Shown piece by piece: positions 42,958 to 52,675 of a DNA stretch of 64,000 nucleotides. The stretch spans positions 1,912 through 65,911 of the forward strand of contig DASZRH010000030.1 of NCBI GenBank assembly GCA_035549275.1, given 5' to 3'. Position numbers and translations under genes: made by a program. Source of the DNA: Minisyncoccota bacterium (GTDB lineage: Bacteria; Patescibacteriota; Minisyncoccia; 2-02-FULL-40-12; GWA2-44-9). The notes below the pieces were generated by a model that worked only from the letters and a program-made list of their open reading frames with translations, made no database searches and was not told the origin of the DNA. Within the stretch, counting starts at the first letter, position 1, and each line of letters starts with the position of its first letter.

Positions 42958-44357
42958 AGACGCGATTGTTCGAATGCGAAGGCAGCGTTCAGCATTGTGT
43001 TCTCGTCAAAGGGTTTACCGATAAACTGGAAGCCGACGGGAAGGTTGCTGTCCCGGCCCCGGCCGCATGGGACCGAAATACCAGGAACGCCAGCCAGGTT
43101 CAGCGGCACGGTATAGATGTCTTCCAGGTAGAGCGTGAGCGGATCGGAAACTTTCTCCCCAAGCTTGAAAGCGGTATTAGGTGTTGTGGGGCCCACGATA
43201 ACGTCTGCCGATTTGAACGCTTCATCGAAATCTTTTTTGATCAGCGCGCGAATTTTTTGGGCTTTCAGATAGTACGCATCATAGTAGCCGGAAGAAAGCG
43301 CATACGCTCCTAGCATGATGCGGCGTTTTACTTCTGGGCCGAAGCCGTGGGAACGGGATTTGATATACGTATCAAGGAGCGTCTCGCTCTGGGATGCTGA
43401 ATAGCCATAGCGAATACCGTCAAAACGGCTTAAGTTTGCCGATATTTCGCTGGGAACGGCGATGTAGTAGGCGGCCAGAGCATGTTCGAAGTTTGGCAGT
43501 GATATTTCGACGATCGTCCCGCCCAATTTTTCAAGCTGAGCGATCGCTTCTTTAATGCGCTCGGAAACTTCCGGCGAAAGACCTTCCCTGAAGAATTCTT
43601 TGGGCACGCCGATTCGCAGGCCACGGATGTTGCCGTTTAGGGCAGCAGCGAAATCGGGAACTGGTCGGTTTACGGTTGTAGAATCAAAAATGTCGCGGCC
43701 GCTGATGACGTTCAGCGCCAGTGCGGCATCCGTTACGGTTTTCGTGATCGGCCCGATTTGATCGAATGAGGAAGCCATGGCGATCAAGCCATGGCGGGAC
43801 ACGCGGCCATAGGTGGGCTTGAGGCCCACCACGCCGCAAAGCGCGGCTGGCTGGCGAATGGAACCGCCGGTATCTGACCCGAGCGCAAAAACGCATAAAT
43901 CGGCGGCGACGGCGGCAGCCGAGCCGCCGGATGAGCCGCCAGGGACGCGTGTGGCATCAACCGGATTTTTGGTCGGGCCAAAGGCGGAATTTTCCGTAGA
44001 TCCGCCCATTGCAAACTCATCCATATTCGTTTTGCCCAGAAACGAAACGCCGGCTGTCCGAAGTTTTTTGATGACCGTGGCGTCGTACGCGGAGATATAG
44101 TTTTCGAGAATTTTGGAAGCGGCGGTGGTCCGAGTGCCTTCAATCAGAATGTTGTCTTTAATCGCGCACGGCACGCCGGCGAGCGAGCCCGATTGGGGCA
44201 TGTGTTCAGGCGCATCAAATATCGTCAGGTAGGCATTCAGTTCCGGATTTTCCTTCCCTATTTTCCGGTGGTAGTGGCCGAATAATTCAGCAGCTGAAAA
44301 GTCGCCTCGCTTCAGGCCTTCGGTGGTCGATGCAATTGTGAGTTTTTCAAGACTCAT
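42954..44357 (-). CDS. gatA: Asp/Glu-tRNA amidotransferase subunit A
   Basis: AIKDNI, GKTNMDEFAMG, GGSSGGS, GSDTGGSIRQP, EVKRRIMLG. Confidence 0.97.
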   Translation of the reverse strand: MSLEKLTIASTTEGLKRGDFSAAELFGHYHRKIGKENPELNAYLTIFDAPEHMPQSGSLAGVPCAIKDNILIEGTRTTAASKILENYISAYDATVIKKLRTAGVSFLGKTNMDEFAMGGSTENSAFGPTKNPVDATRVPGGSSGGSAAAVAADLCVFALGSDTGGSIRQPAALCGVVGLKPTYGRVSRHGLIAMASSFDQIGPITKTVTDAALALNVISGRDIFDSTTVNRPVPDFAAALNGNIRGLRIGVPKEFFREGLSPEVSERIKEAIAQLEKLGGTIVEISLPNFEHALAAYYIAVPSEISANLSRFDGIRYGYSASQSETLLDTYIKSRSHGFGPEVKRRIMLGAYALSSGYYDAYYLKAQKIRALIKKDFDEAFKSADVIVGPTTPNTAFKLGEKVSDPLTLYLEDIYTVPLNLAGVPGISVPCGRGRDSNLPVGFQFIGKPFDENTMLNAAFAFEQSRL

Positions 44358-44659
44358 TTCTTGGTGAGAATGGGCTTTACTTTTATAAATCGGCCGTCAT
44401 GATCAGGCGCTTGTTCGATGAGCAAGGCATCACGCTGATGTGATAGCGGAAACTCGTTGCGCGTTTGATCGGAGCGGACTGAATTTAATAGCCCCGTGGT
44501 TTGGTACAGAGGGTCAACGCCGGAAGTATCTACGGCATTCAAGGTTTCGACGTACGTCAAAATTGAGCCGAGGTCTTTTTTGAGGCGTGTGTGCTCTTCA
44601 GATGAGAGCTGAATGCGAGCCAGGGCGGCAATATGGTCAACGTCTTTGTCGGTTAACAT
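44354..44659 (-). CDS. gatC: Asp/Glu-tRNA amidotransferase subunit C
   Basis: VDHIAALARI..IL.YVE.L..VDT..V.P; directly upstream of gatA. Confidence 0.92.
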   Translation of the reverse strand: MLTDKDVDHIAALARIQLSSEEHTRLKKDLGSILTYVETLNAVDTSGVDPLYQTTGLLNSVRSDQTRNEFPLSHQRDALLIEQAPDHDGRFIKVKPILTKK

Positions 44660-44677
44660 GGGTAGTAGGGTATCATG

Positions 44678-46678
44678 TTATTGTACCATGCGCAAAAATT
44701 CCTGTTCAGTAAGGATTTTGACATTTAGTTTTTGAGCTTTATCGTATTTGGAGCCCGGCTCGGCCCCGGCGACCACGTAGTCCGTTTCTGCCGAGACCGA
44801 CGAGGAGACATCTCCCCCGTTGTCTCGGATGAGAGCTTTGGCTTGGTCTCGGCTTAATGTTTCCAGAGTGCCGGTGAGGACGAATGTCTTGCCGGCGAGC
44901 TTGTGCGAGCCGGCTTTTTCCGCTTCTATCTGCAATCCGGATTTTTTGAATTTCTCAAGCAATTTTTTGTTGTATGATTTTTCGAACCAGCTTGAAATGC
45001 TGCTTGAAACTACGGGTCCGACGTCCTCGATCGCTTGGAGTTCAGCCGGGCTGGCCATCCGGAATTTTTCGAAGGTGCCAAAACGCTTGGCCAAGGTGAC
45101 TGCGGTTTCTTCACCGACGTGCGGGATGCCGAGGGCATAGATAAAACGCGATAGCGGCACGCTTTTCCGGGCGTGGATGGCGCGATACGCATTGGCAGCT
45201 GAAACCTCGGCAAACCGGTCCAGGTTCAGAAAATCTTCCGTAGTCAGACTGTACAAATCGGCGGAATCTTTGATAAGGGCCGCTTCCATGAGTTGATCGA
45301 TGAGCTTGGGCCCGATGCCGTCCATATCCAATGCCTTGCGAGAGACAAAGTGATAGACAGCTTCGCGGCGGATAGCGGGACAATCCTGATTCACGCACCT
45401 ATACGCTACTTGGCCTTCTATTTTTACGATCTTTTCGCCACAGACGGGGCATTTAATCGGCATTCGGAACTCGCGTTCTTTGCCGGTTCGCATGCCGGTA
45501 ACGACTTTCTTCACGTCGGGTATGACGTCCCCCGCTCGACCGATGATTACCGTATCCCCAATCTTGACGTCCAGGCGCCGGATTTCATCCAAGTTATGAA
45601 GGGTGGCCCGGGAAACGATTACCCCGCCCACCGCAGTCGGGCGCAGGAATGCAACCGGTGTGAGAGTACCGGTCCGGCCCACTTGGACGGAAATGTTTTC
45701 AACAACGGTTTCCGCTTCTTGCGGCGCAAACTTGTATGCGACCATGCCGCGGGGCGCTTTACCGATGACGCCGGCTTTTTCTAATTGGGAATTATCATTC
45801 ACGCTGACCACAATCCCGTCTATCTCGTACGGCAGTTTTTCTCGGATGTCTTCAATGTGTTTGTAAAACGCGTATACTCCATCGATATGCGTGCAGACTT
45901 TGCCTTCGGGATTGGTCGGAATGCCGAAGGTGTTCAATTTTTTGTATTCAGCTTCATGGGTGCGTTCGCCCGAGCCGGCGTAGGTATAAGCATAGAAAGA
46001 AAGATTCCGGCTTGCGGTGATTTTCGGATCTAATTGACGAACTGAACCGGCAACAAGATTGCGGGGGTTGGCATATATTTTTTCCCCGGCTTTCTCTTGT
46101 TCTTTGTTGATGCGGCGGAATTCTTTTTTGGTCAGGAATATTTCGCCGCGGGCGACAACTTCTGCCGGAATATCGCGGCCATGCAGTTTCAAGGGTATGC
46201 TTTCGACAGTTTTAATGTTTTGGGTGACATCTTCGCCCGTATCGCCGTCTCCCCGGGTGGATGCCTGGGCCAGAATGCCGCCTCGGTATACAAGCTCAAT
46301 GGCCAAGCCGTCCATCTTCAGGTCGCAGTAGAATTCCTGCGGCTTTGAGCCAAGCGTTTTTTCAAGGCGCTCGAGCCAATCCTGCATATCTTGTTCCGAA
46401 AACGCATCGTTGAGCGAATTCATGCGCAGCGGTTTGCCGTCCACCGTGTGGCGGACTTTGGCGAATTCTTTGGCCGGCTGGCCGGCGACGCGCTGGGTCG
46501 GAGAGTCCGGCGTGATCAAATCCGGATATTGCTGCTCAAGATCAAACAGTTCTTTTTTGAGGGAGTCGGCGGCTTCGTCCGACAGTTCCTGGCGATTTTC
46601 AACATGATACAAATAGCGATGACGATTGATCACCTCGCGAAGCTTCGCTATTCTTTTTTGCGCGTCTGCCTTGTTCAT
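44678..46678 (-). CDS. ligA: NAD-dependent DNA ligase
   Basis: KMDG, TRGDG..GEDVT, NPRN, DGIV, VGRTG, zinc finger, BRCT domain. Confidence 0.98.
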   Translation of the reverse strand: MNKADAQKRIAKLREVINRHRYLYHVENRQELSDEAADSLKKELFDLEQQYPDLITPDSPTQRVAGQPAKEFAKVRHTVDGKPLRMNSLNDAFSEQDMQDWLERLEKTLGSKPQEFYCDLKMDGLAIELVYRGGILAQASTRGDGDTGEDVTQNIKTVESIPLKLHGRDIPAEVVARGEIFLTKKEFRRINKEQEKAGEKIYANPRNLVAGSVRQLDPKITASRNLSFYAYTYAGSGERTHEAEYKKLNTFGIPTNPEGKVCTHIDGVYAFYKHIEDIREKLPYEIDGIVVSVNDNSQLEKAGVIGKAPRGMVAYKFAPQEAETVVENISVQVGRTGTLTPVAFLRPTAVGGVIVSRATLHNLDEIRRLDVKIGDTVIIGRAGDVIPDVKKVVTGMRTGKEREFRMPIKCPVCGEKIVKIEGQVAYRCVNQDCPAIRREAVYHFVSRKALDMDGIGPKLIDQLMEAALIKDSADLYSLTTEDFLNLDRFAEVSAANAYRAIHARKSVPLSRFIYALGIPHVGEETAVTLAKRFGTFEKFRMASPAELQAIEDVGPVVSSSISSWFEKSYNKKLLEKFKKSGLQIEAEKAGSHKLAGKTFVLTGTLETLSRDQAKALIRDNGGDVSSSVSAETDYVVAGAEPGSKYDKAQKLNVKILTEQEFLRMVQ

Positions 46679-46684
46679 AGCTGG

Positions 46685-47434
46685 CTAGTAGGCCTGAAGC
46701 TCATAAATGCCGATCTGGTGAGCCGTGCTTTGAGCTGAAACCCGTATTTGAGAGATTGATGCTGCTGGGAAGATCGTAATGGTGTCGCTTTCCGGACTGC
46801 CGCCCGAACCCAGTGTTGTCCACGTCGAACCGTTGTAGCCCTCAATCTGCCAGCTTGTAATATATACGTAAACGTCAGTGTGTCCATAGCCTTTTACAAC
46901 GGCATTAATTTGGCTAACTGTCTGAAGTGAACCAAGATCGACAGTATACGAAAAACTACTGAAACAGGGGTATGCCAGCGTATTCAGATCGCCGTCAGTC
47001 AGGTTGGAAGCCGGAAAATTACAGGGCTGGTGGTCTGCTATTGATTGGCTTACCGGTTTACCGAGGGCCAGATTTACCAAAGTCGCACCGCCGCTTTGGA
47101 CTTGGAGCGCGCGGCTGACGCCATGGTAGGTTCCGACCGCCTGGTGATTTAGCGGTACAATGGTGCAATCCGAAGGCGTAATTGTATAGGTGGCGCCGTT
47201 GGTGAGAGTTGGCGCGGGCCGAGCCGGGGTTTTGCCGCGGTTGGTATATAGGCACCATTCGATGCCGGTGTCGGCCGCGTAAATGGCGCTGACCGAACTG
47301 GACGCGTTGGTTGCGCTTTTAATCTTGGGCAAGAAGATAGCTGAAAGCGTTAAACTAATCAGCAGCATGCTGCCGAGAATCAAAAGCGTAAATAGCAGAA
47401 TCGACCCGGATTGTCGCTTAAAGTTCGCTTCCAA
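46685..47434 (-). CDS. PilX-like minor pilin with C-terminal discoidin (F5/8)-like domain
   Basis: G-SILLFTLL prepilin lacking Glu5, AIYAADTGIE; NLALGKPV..DGD..VDLG..IYELQAY. Confidence 0.8.
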   Translation of the reverse strand: MEANFKRQSGSILLFTLLILGSMLLISLTLSAIFLPKIKSATNASSSVSAIYAADTGIEWCLYTNRGKTPARPAPTLTNGATYTITPSDCTIVPLNHQAVGTYHGVSRALQVQSGGATLVNLALGKPVSQSIADHQPCNFPASNLTDGDLNTLAYPCFSSFSYTVDLGSLQTVSQINAVVKGYGHTDVYVYITSWQIEGYNGSTWTTLGSGGSPESDTITIFPAASISQIRVSAQSTAHQIGIYELQAY

Positions 47435-47936
47435 TGTCGCGTGAGGAAACTGTGGTTTCCAGGTTAAAGGTTACTATATCTTTCCCGGTTCTGTTTTGTA
47501 TTGCGCCGATGATCGTAACGCGCGGCGTTGCTTTGTCGCTTGTCCCCGATCCCAATATGCAGAAATTCAAACGGGAAAATTGTACATCCGATGACGTGAG
47601 ATCGGTTACCACTCCGCCGGCCGTTCGCCGCAAAACGCCATTGGAAAGACTGTAGGTAACGGTGCCGTTGATAGGATGGCTGATTGTCAGCGATGTTGCC
47701 GAACAGTCGGTTGAATTCTGGTTGACGATGCTGCTGACGCGGATTTCCCGAGTCAGCAGCTCGAGAACATACAGCCCATTCTCTTGGATTTTTTGGGCGG
47801 AAAACGCTCGACGCTCGTTGTTCAATATTTGGGTAAACAGTCCGCTTGTCGCCAGAACAATGATTGAAAAAACAAATGTGGCTACCATGACTTCGACGAG
47901 TGTGAATCCTGATTGTGATGGGCTTGGTTTTTTCAT
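47418..47936 (-). CDS. PilW-like minor pilin
   Basis: GFTLVEVMVA, LTREIR. Confidence 0.88.
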   Translation of the reverse strand: MKKPSPSQSGFTLVEVMVATFVFSIIVLATSGLFTQILNNERRAFSAQKIQENGLYVLELLTREIRVSSIVNQNSTDCSATSLTISHPINGTVTYSLSNGVLRRTAGGVVTDLTSSDVQFSRLNFCILGSGTSDKATPRVTIIGAIQNRTGKDIVTFNLETTVSSRDIGSEL

Positions 47937-47937
47937 G

Positions 47938-48438
47938 TTATTTCCAATCGAACAAATGTTCTTCGGCTTGGACCGTCTTCACGTCGTTGCCGCGGGCAGT
48001 CCAGGAAACCTGGGATGTTATTTTCAATTCGCTGCTGCTGATGCCGAGAATCGTTATGGTGCGATAGAACTGGGTATCGGTGCCGATGGTATAGTTGTAG
48101 ACGCCGTTGTTGAGCTTCAGCGGCGGATTGGAACCGAGAGAAATGAGGGAAGTTGAATTCCATTCGACGCGGTAGGTGCCGTTGGCCAGGCCAGTGGCGA
48201 ACGCCTGACCGTTGAACCAGTTTGCGTCGCGGATTGTGCGGACCACTTCGATCCCCTCTTGGGCCAGGCCCGCTGCGATCATGTCATCGCGAATTGTCGT
48301 TGCCGCGCGCAACGAACTGTCGGACAGCTGTAGTACCGGAATTAGTGCCACGCTTAACACCACTAACGCGACAATTGCCTCGACAAGGGTAAACCCGCGT
48401 TCGCTATTGAATCTCGATTTTGCCGGAAGGATAGACAT
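47938..48438 (-). CDS. PilV-like minor pilin
   Basis: GFTLVEAIVAL, LAQEGIEVVR. Confidence 0.88.
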   Translation of the reverse strand: MSILPAKSRFNSERGFTLVEAIVALVVLSVALIPVLQLSDSSLRAATTIRDDMIAAGLAQEGIEVVRTIRDANWFNGQAFATGLANGTYRVEWNSTSLISLGSNPPLKLNNGVYNYTIGTDTQFYRTITILGISSSELKITSQVSWTARGNDVKTVQAEEHLFDWK

Positions 48439-48949
48439 TGATGGTTTTACAGTCAGCGGGACAGGTGCCGCCGGACTTTTGGACGGTAATAGTTAACGGC
48501 GATTGGCTCAAAGAAAATACGTTATTTAAATACGTCTTGGGATCGGGCGGTTCAAAATATATATCGGAGAACGAGCCGGCAAACTGAATGCGCGAATCGG
48601 TGAATGTTTGCGATCCCAGCAAGGAGTCTTCGCTGGCGGAATAGTTCTTGTTGGTGCTTGCACAGGTGGCGGTTGCGGCATTCGGTCCTGCGTAGATCGA
48701 GAAGTGGCTTGCGTCGATATAGTGGAAACCGTACCCGCAGGGATTGTAATTGTTGTATTTGACGCTGGCAATGGCGTTGGATTGGGCATTTCGAATTGCG
48801 GCGGCGACGAGATTGGCGCCGGTTGTCAGATCAACGCGGCTTCGGGAAAAATTGCTCAAAAGAGCCGTGCTTATGATCGAGACGATGGCGATCACAACTA
48901 CCATCTCAATGAGAGTAAACCCGCGGTTATCGGAATAATTCAGCGACAT
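48404..48949 (-). CDS. FimT/GspH-like minor pilin
   Basis: GFTLIEMVVVIAI, IRNAQSNA. Confidence 0.88.
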   Translation of the reverse strand: MSLNYSDNRGFTLIEMVVVIAIVSIISTALLSNFSRSRVDLTTGANLVAAAIRNAQSNAIASVKYNNYNPCGYGFHYIDASHFSIYAGPNAATATCASTNKNYSASEDSLLGSQTFTDSRIQFAGSFSDIYFEPPDPKTYLNNVFSLSQSPLTITVQKSGGTCPADCKTINVYPSGKIEIQ

Positions 48950-49679
48950 AGAATATGTATTGATAGAATAGGATACAGGCAATTCCCGCGCTGGCGAGAA
49001 ATGTTCCCAATGGCAGCGAGGTTTTCATAGATGCCTTGCGGACAGCCAAGAGCGCCAAGGCCCAGGCGGCTCCGATCCAAATGCCAGCAATGATAACGAG
49101 CACGCCAAGCGGATAGCCGAACATAAGCCCAATCAAAAAGCCCAACTTAGCATCCCCTAACCCGATCCATTTGCCTTGGGACACCAAGTGCAGTATAGCA
49201 AAAAAAGCCCCGATCAGTAATCCAGTCAGGAAGAATTCGGCTGGCGCTGAAGTATACAGCACGTGATATGCAGAGACAATAAGAACTAGGGGCAGAATAA
49301 TGGCATCCGGCAAGATCATATATAAAAGGTCAAAGACGGCAAGTGCAAGCAAGGCAAAAGCGACGAGAATTTGGAGCGTCAAAAACACGGGAGTTCCTGG
49401 GATGTGAAAGAAGGCGATCCCAACTGCAAGAAATCCGGCAGCAAGCTCGACGCCCAGATAGCGAGGACTGATGGACCGGCGGCAATAGCGGCATCGGCCA
49501 GATAGAAATATATAACTGGCAACCGGCAATAAATCAAGCCAGCCGAGTGGGTGATGGCAATGCGGACATTCCGATCGGCCGTTCAAAGAGCGGCCGATCG
49601 GAAGCCGCCACAAAAGTGCATTCAGAAAGCTGCCGTAGATCGTTCCCCCAATGAAGGCAATAACGCCGATAGTCAGCAT
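48927..49679 (-). CDS. pilD: Prepilin peptidase
   Basis: GSFLN, RSECPHC..CRYC, FDL..LPD, GLGDAKL, PLG.FL. Confidence 0.93.
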   Translation of the reverse strand: MLTIGVIAFIGGTIYGSFLNALLWRLPIGRSLNGRSECPHCHHPLGWLDLLPVASYIFLSGRCRYCRRSISPRYLGVELAAGFLAVGIAFFHIPGTPVFLTLQILVAFALLALAVFDLLYMILPDAIILPLVLIVSAYHVLYTSAPAEFFLTGLLIGAFFAILHLVSQGKWIGLGDAKLGFLIGLMFGYPLGVLVIIAGIWIGAAWALALLAVRKASMKTSLPLGTFLASAGIACILFYQYIFYVAELFR

Positions 49680-49705
49680 AGATACATTATACGAAAGAAA
49701 CAAAC

Positions 49706-49732
49706 TCCCCGCCACGCAAAGCGTGGCGGGGA
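49706..49732. terminator. Palindrome (12-bp arms) after the major pilin gene
   Basis: TCCCCGCCACGC-AAA-GCGTGGCGGGGA. Confidence 0.7.
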
Positions 49733-49747
49733 ATTAAAGATGCAATG

Positions 49748-50263
49748 CTATTTCTGGCCTTGATCGTAGACGCAATCGCGAGCAGCACCGGCGGTATACG
49801 CAGCTGTACAGACTTCAGATCCGGTACCAGTTGTTGCGCTGGCATTTAAAGCATCCCCAGACCATCCTGTCGAGTTGATATCAGCATCAGCTCCTAAGGC
49901 AGAAGCGTTCTTTTGCTCAAGTTCAGTCCAGATATGGAACTGGGTTGGGTTGGTGCTACCGTTATAAGCATAGAAGTAGCCTGCAGCAGTAACCGGGTCG
50001 ACTGGCAATGCACTTGAAGTTACGTACTTTCCAAGGTTTGTAATGTTGAGTGCAGTCGGATAGTGGCCGCCGTTATCGTCAAAGTAGAGTTCAGCCATCG
50101 TGCGGAGCTGGTTGACGTCCGCAATACGCTTAGCATCGCGAGCTTTGGCGCGGGCAACGCCGAGCTGGAGCAAGAGCAAGGTGGCCAAGACGCCGATGAT
50201 GGCGATAACGACCAACAACTCGACTAGCGTGAATCCTCGAGACAATCGTTTATACGTTAACAC
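49748..50263 (-). CDS. Type IV major pilin (PilA/GspG-like)
   Basis: [33 protein letters not shown]-terminal Cys pair. Confidence 0.9.
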   Translation of the reverse strand: MLTYKRLSRGFTLVELLVVIAIIGVLATLLLLQLGVARAKARDAKRIADVNQLRTMAELYFDDNGGHYPTALNITNLGKYVTSSALPVDPVTAAGYFYAYNGSTNPTQFHIWTELEQKNASALGADADINSTGWSGDALNASATTGTGSEVCTAAYTAGAARDCVYDQGQK

Positions 50264-50395
50264 TGTAGGAAAGCCCTGGTAAAATGTTCTCCGATTGCGT
50301 AGCGAAGAAATTCCAGCCCAGAAGCATCTTAGTTACTTTACCTCCATTATAATTCCCCTGCTTGGAAGCACAAGCGACAGATATCAACAGGCATG

Positions 50396-51607
50396 CTATG
50401 AACCACCGACCAAACTGTAAATCGGAAGCAAAATACTGGAAACGAGAATAGCCACGGCAAAACCGAGAATAAGCACGATGACTGGCTCCAGGAGCTGGGT
50501 AATAGTGTTGATCGTGTTTTCAGATTCTGATTTGTAGAATTTGGCGACGTGTTCAAGCATGTAGTCGAGTTTGCCGGTGCGTTCGCCAATAGAGACCATT
50601 GAGGCAAATAGCGGTGGAATTTCAATTGCGTGCTGAATGAGAATTTCAGAGATTTTGCCGCCGCCGCGAACCTGATCTTGGGCAGCCAGCATAATATTCC
50701 GGTAATTCGTATTGCCGACCAGGTCCGCCGTAATTTGAAGCGAATCTAAAATTGGAATGCCGGATTTGACGAGCGTGGAAAGACTTTCGCCAATACGGGC
50801 CAGGAATAGGTTGCGAACAACAATGCCGATTGCCGGCGCCTTGATCATAATGTCATCGAGCCAAACCTTCCCCTCGGCGCTTCGTATAAATCGGACAATA
50901 ATAAATCCCCCAATGACGACAACGCCTAAAATGTAATACAAATAAGCGTTTACAAAGTTAGTCACCGCGATCAGGATCCGCGTCGTAACCGGGAGATCGG
51001 TGATTCCCGAGTCTTTAAAGACGGAAAGCAATTGGGGCAAGACGTATACGCCCATGATGCCGGCGACAATGATGAGCGCACCCACCACAAATGCCGGATA
51101 CGTTAAGGCGCCGCGAATCTTGGAGTTGATGCCTTGGCTGCGTTCCAAATAATCAGCCAGGTACAGCAACGATCCCTGGAGTTTCCCTGATACCTCCCCT
51201 GCTTGTGTCAGCTTGATATAGAAGGAGGAGAAGAATTTCGGATAAACGGCCAAGGCGCCGGAGAGCGAGGTGCCTGCTTCTACGCGTGATGCGACATCGA
51301 GAATGACTTTTTTGAACGGCGGTTTTTCGATCTGGGCGGCGAGCGTACGCAAGCCCTCGGCGATCGGCATATCGGCTTCGACGAGCGTAGCCAGCTGGCG
51401 CGTGAATACAACGATATCTTTGTTGTTGACGTGGGCGAAGAGATGATTGACGTCAACGTTCAGAAGGTCTTTTTTGACGGGATTAAGCGAGAATACAACG
51501 AAACCCTTGTTGTGAAGAATTGAAACGGCTGTGTTTTCATCGGGCGCATTGATGACGCCCTCGCTGATCTGGCCGGCCGGATTTTTGACCTGGTAATTAA
51601 ACTCCAT
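50396..51607 (-). CDS. pilC: Type IV pilus inner membrane platform PilC/GspF
   Basis: FTRQLATL, GEVSGKL, ALTYP, GERTGKLD, LLEP. Confidence 0.93.
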   Translation of the reverse strand: MEFNYQVKNPAGQISEGVINAPDENTAVSILHNKGFVVFSLNPVKKDLLNVDVNHLFAHVNNKDIVVFTRQLATLVEADMPIAEGLRTLAAQIEKPPFKKVILDVASRVEAGTSLSGALAVYPKFFSSFYIKLTQAGEVSGKLQGSLLYLADYLERSQGINSKIRGALTYPAFVVGALIIVAGIMGVYVLPQLLSVFKDSGITDLPVTTRILIAVTNFVNAYLYYILGVVVIGGFIIVRFIRSAEGKVWLDDIMIKAPAIGIVVRNLFLARIGESLSTLVKSGIPILDSLQITADLVGNTNYRNIMLAAQDQVRGGGKISEILIQHAIEIPPLFASMVSIGERTGKLDYMLEHVAKFYKSESENTINTITQLLEPVIVLILGFAVAILVSSILLPIYSLVGGS

Positions 51608-52667
51608 GATAATTTCTCAAATTCTTGGGGTTAATTGAATAGAACTCCGCTTGTTCCATGGTAATTTCTTTTTGATTTACCAATCCAGCCAATGATTTGT
51701 CCAGCGAGATCATGCCCACATCCTGACTGGTTTCAATGACTAGATCAAGCTGTTGGGGACGGTTGTCGCGGATAAGCGTGCGGACCGCTGTCGTAGCCAC
51801 AAGCACCTCTACTGCCGGGATTAGTCCGCCTTGGATGCGCGGAATAAGGCGCTGGGACACGATACCCGAAAGCGTACTGGCTAGTTGAGTTCTAATTTGA
51901 GACTGCTGGCCCGGCGGGAAGCTGTCAATGATGCGTTCAATCGTTTGGGAAGCGCTGTTGGTGTGCAGAGAGGCAAAAACAAGGTGGCCCGTTTCGGCTG
52001 CGCTTACGGCTGCGCTCATCGTTTCCTGATCGCGCATTTCGCCGATCATAATAACGTTTACGTTCTCCCGGAATGTGGAACGCAGGGCGCGATCAAAAGA
52101 TAGACTGTCCTGGGGCACTTCGCGCTGATCGATGATGCTTTTGTCGGGCGTAAACAAGTATTCGATCGGGTCTTCAATGGTGACGATTTTGTCTCCCCGT
52201 TCGTGGTTGATCTCATCAATCAGACTGGCCATGGTTGTAGATTTGCCGTGGCCGTTGGGGCCGACAACAAGAACGAATCCTTGGGAAAGTTTGGTGAACA
52301 CCCGGAGGACAGGCGGCAAATTCAAGTCTTCAATCTTTTTGATTTCTTTTGGAATCAAGCGTAACGCTGCGGCCGGACCGCCGTTCGTCTGATACACGTT
52401 AACGCGGAACCGGATATCGCCAGGCGCGGAAACGGAAAAGTCGGCTTCTTTTTCGGTTGCAAAGCGCGCCGCCCGCTCCTCCCCCAAAAGGGCGTTGATC
52501 ACACTGCCAAGGATATCTTGGCTTAAGATTTCCCGGTTTGTCAGCGGCACAAGCCGGCCGTCAATGCGGAGCGTGGGATAATACGCCGGCGACAAGTGAA
52601 GATCTGATGCGTTGCTGCGCGCGGTTTCGACCAGAAGTTCTTCGAGATATTTTTTGGGGTTGTCCAT
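51597..52667 (-). CDS. pilT: Type IV pilus retraction ATPase PilT
   Basis: ASDLHL, RFRVN, GPNGHGKST, TIEDPIE, GEMRD, AETGHLV, LIR. Confidence 0.93.
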   Translation of the reverse strand: MDNPKKYLEELLVETARSNASDLHLSPAYYPTLRIDGRLVPLTNREILSQDILGSVINALLGEERAARFATEKEADFSVSAPGDIRFRVNVYQTNGGPAAALRLIPKEIKKIEDLNLPPVLRVFTKLSQGFVLVVGPNGHGKSTTMASLIDEINHERGDKIVTIEDPIEYLFTPDKSIIDQREVPQDSLSFDRALRSTFRENVNVIMIGEMRDQETMSAAVSAAETGHLVFASLHTNSASQTIERIIDSFPPGQQSQIRTQLASTLSGIVSQRLIPRIQGGLIPAVEVLVATTAVRTLIRDNRPQQLDLVIETSQDVGMISLDKSLAGLVNQKEITMEQAEFYSINPKNLRNYHGV

Positions 52668-52675
52668 AGATGTGG

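Noticed and set aside
50250-50345. 25-codon upstream ORF with GGAGGT overlapping the pilin start
   Set aside because: SD spacing is long (about 12 nt), the peptide is featureless and there is no frameshift signal; likely just the pilin 5' leader.
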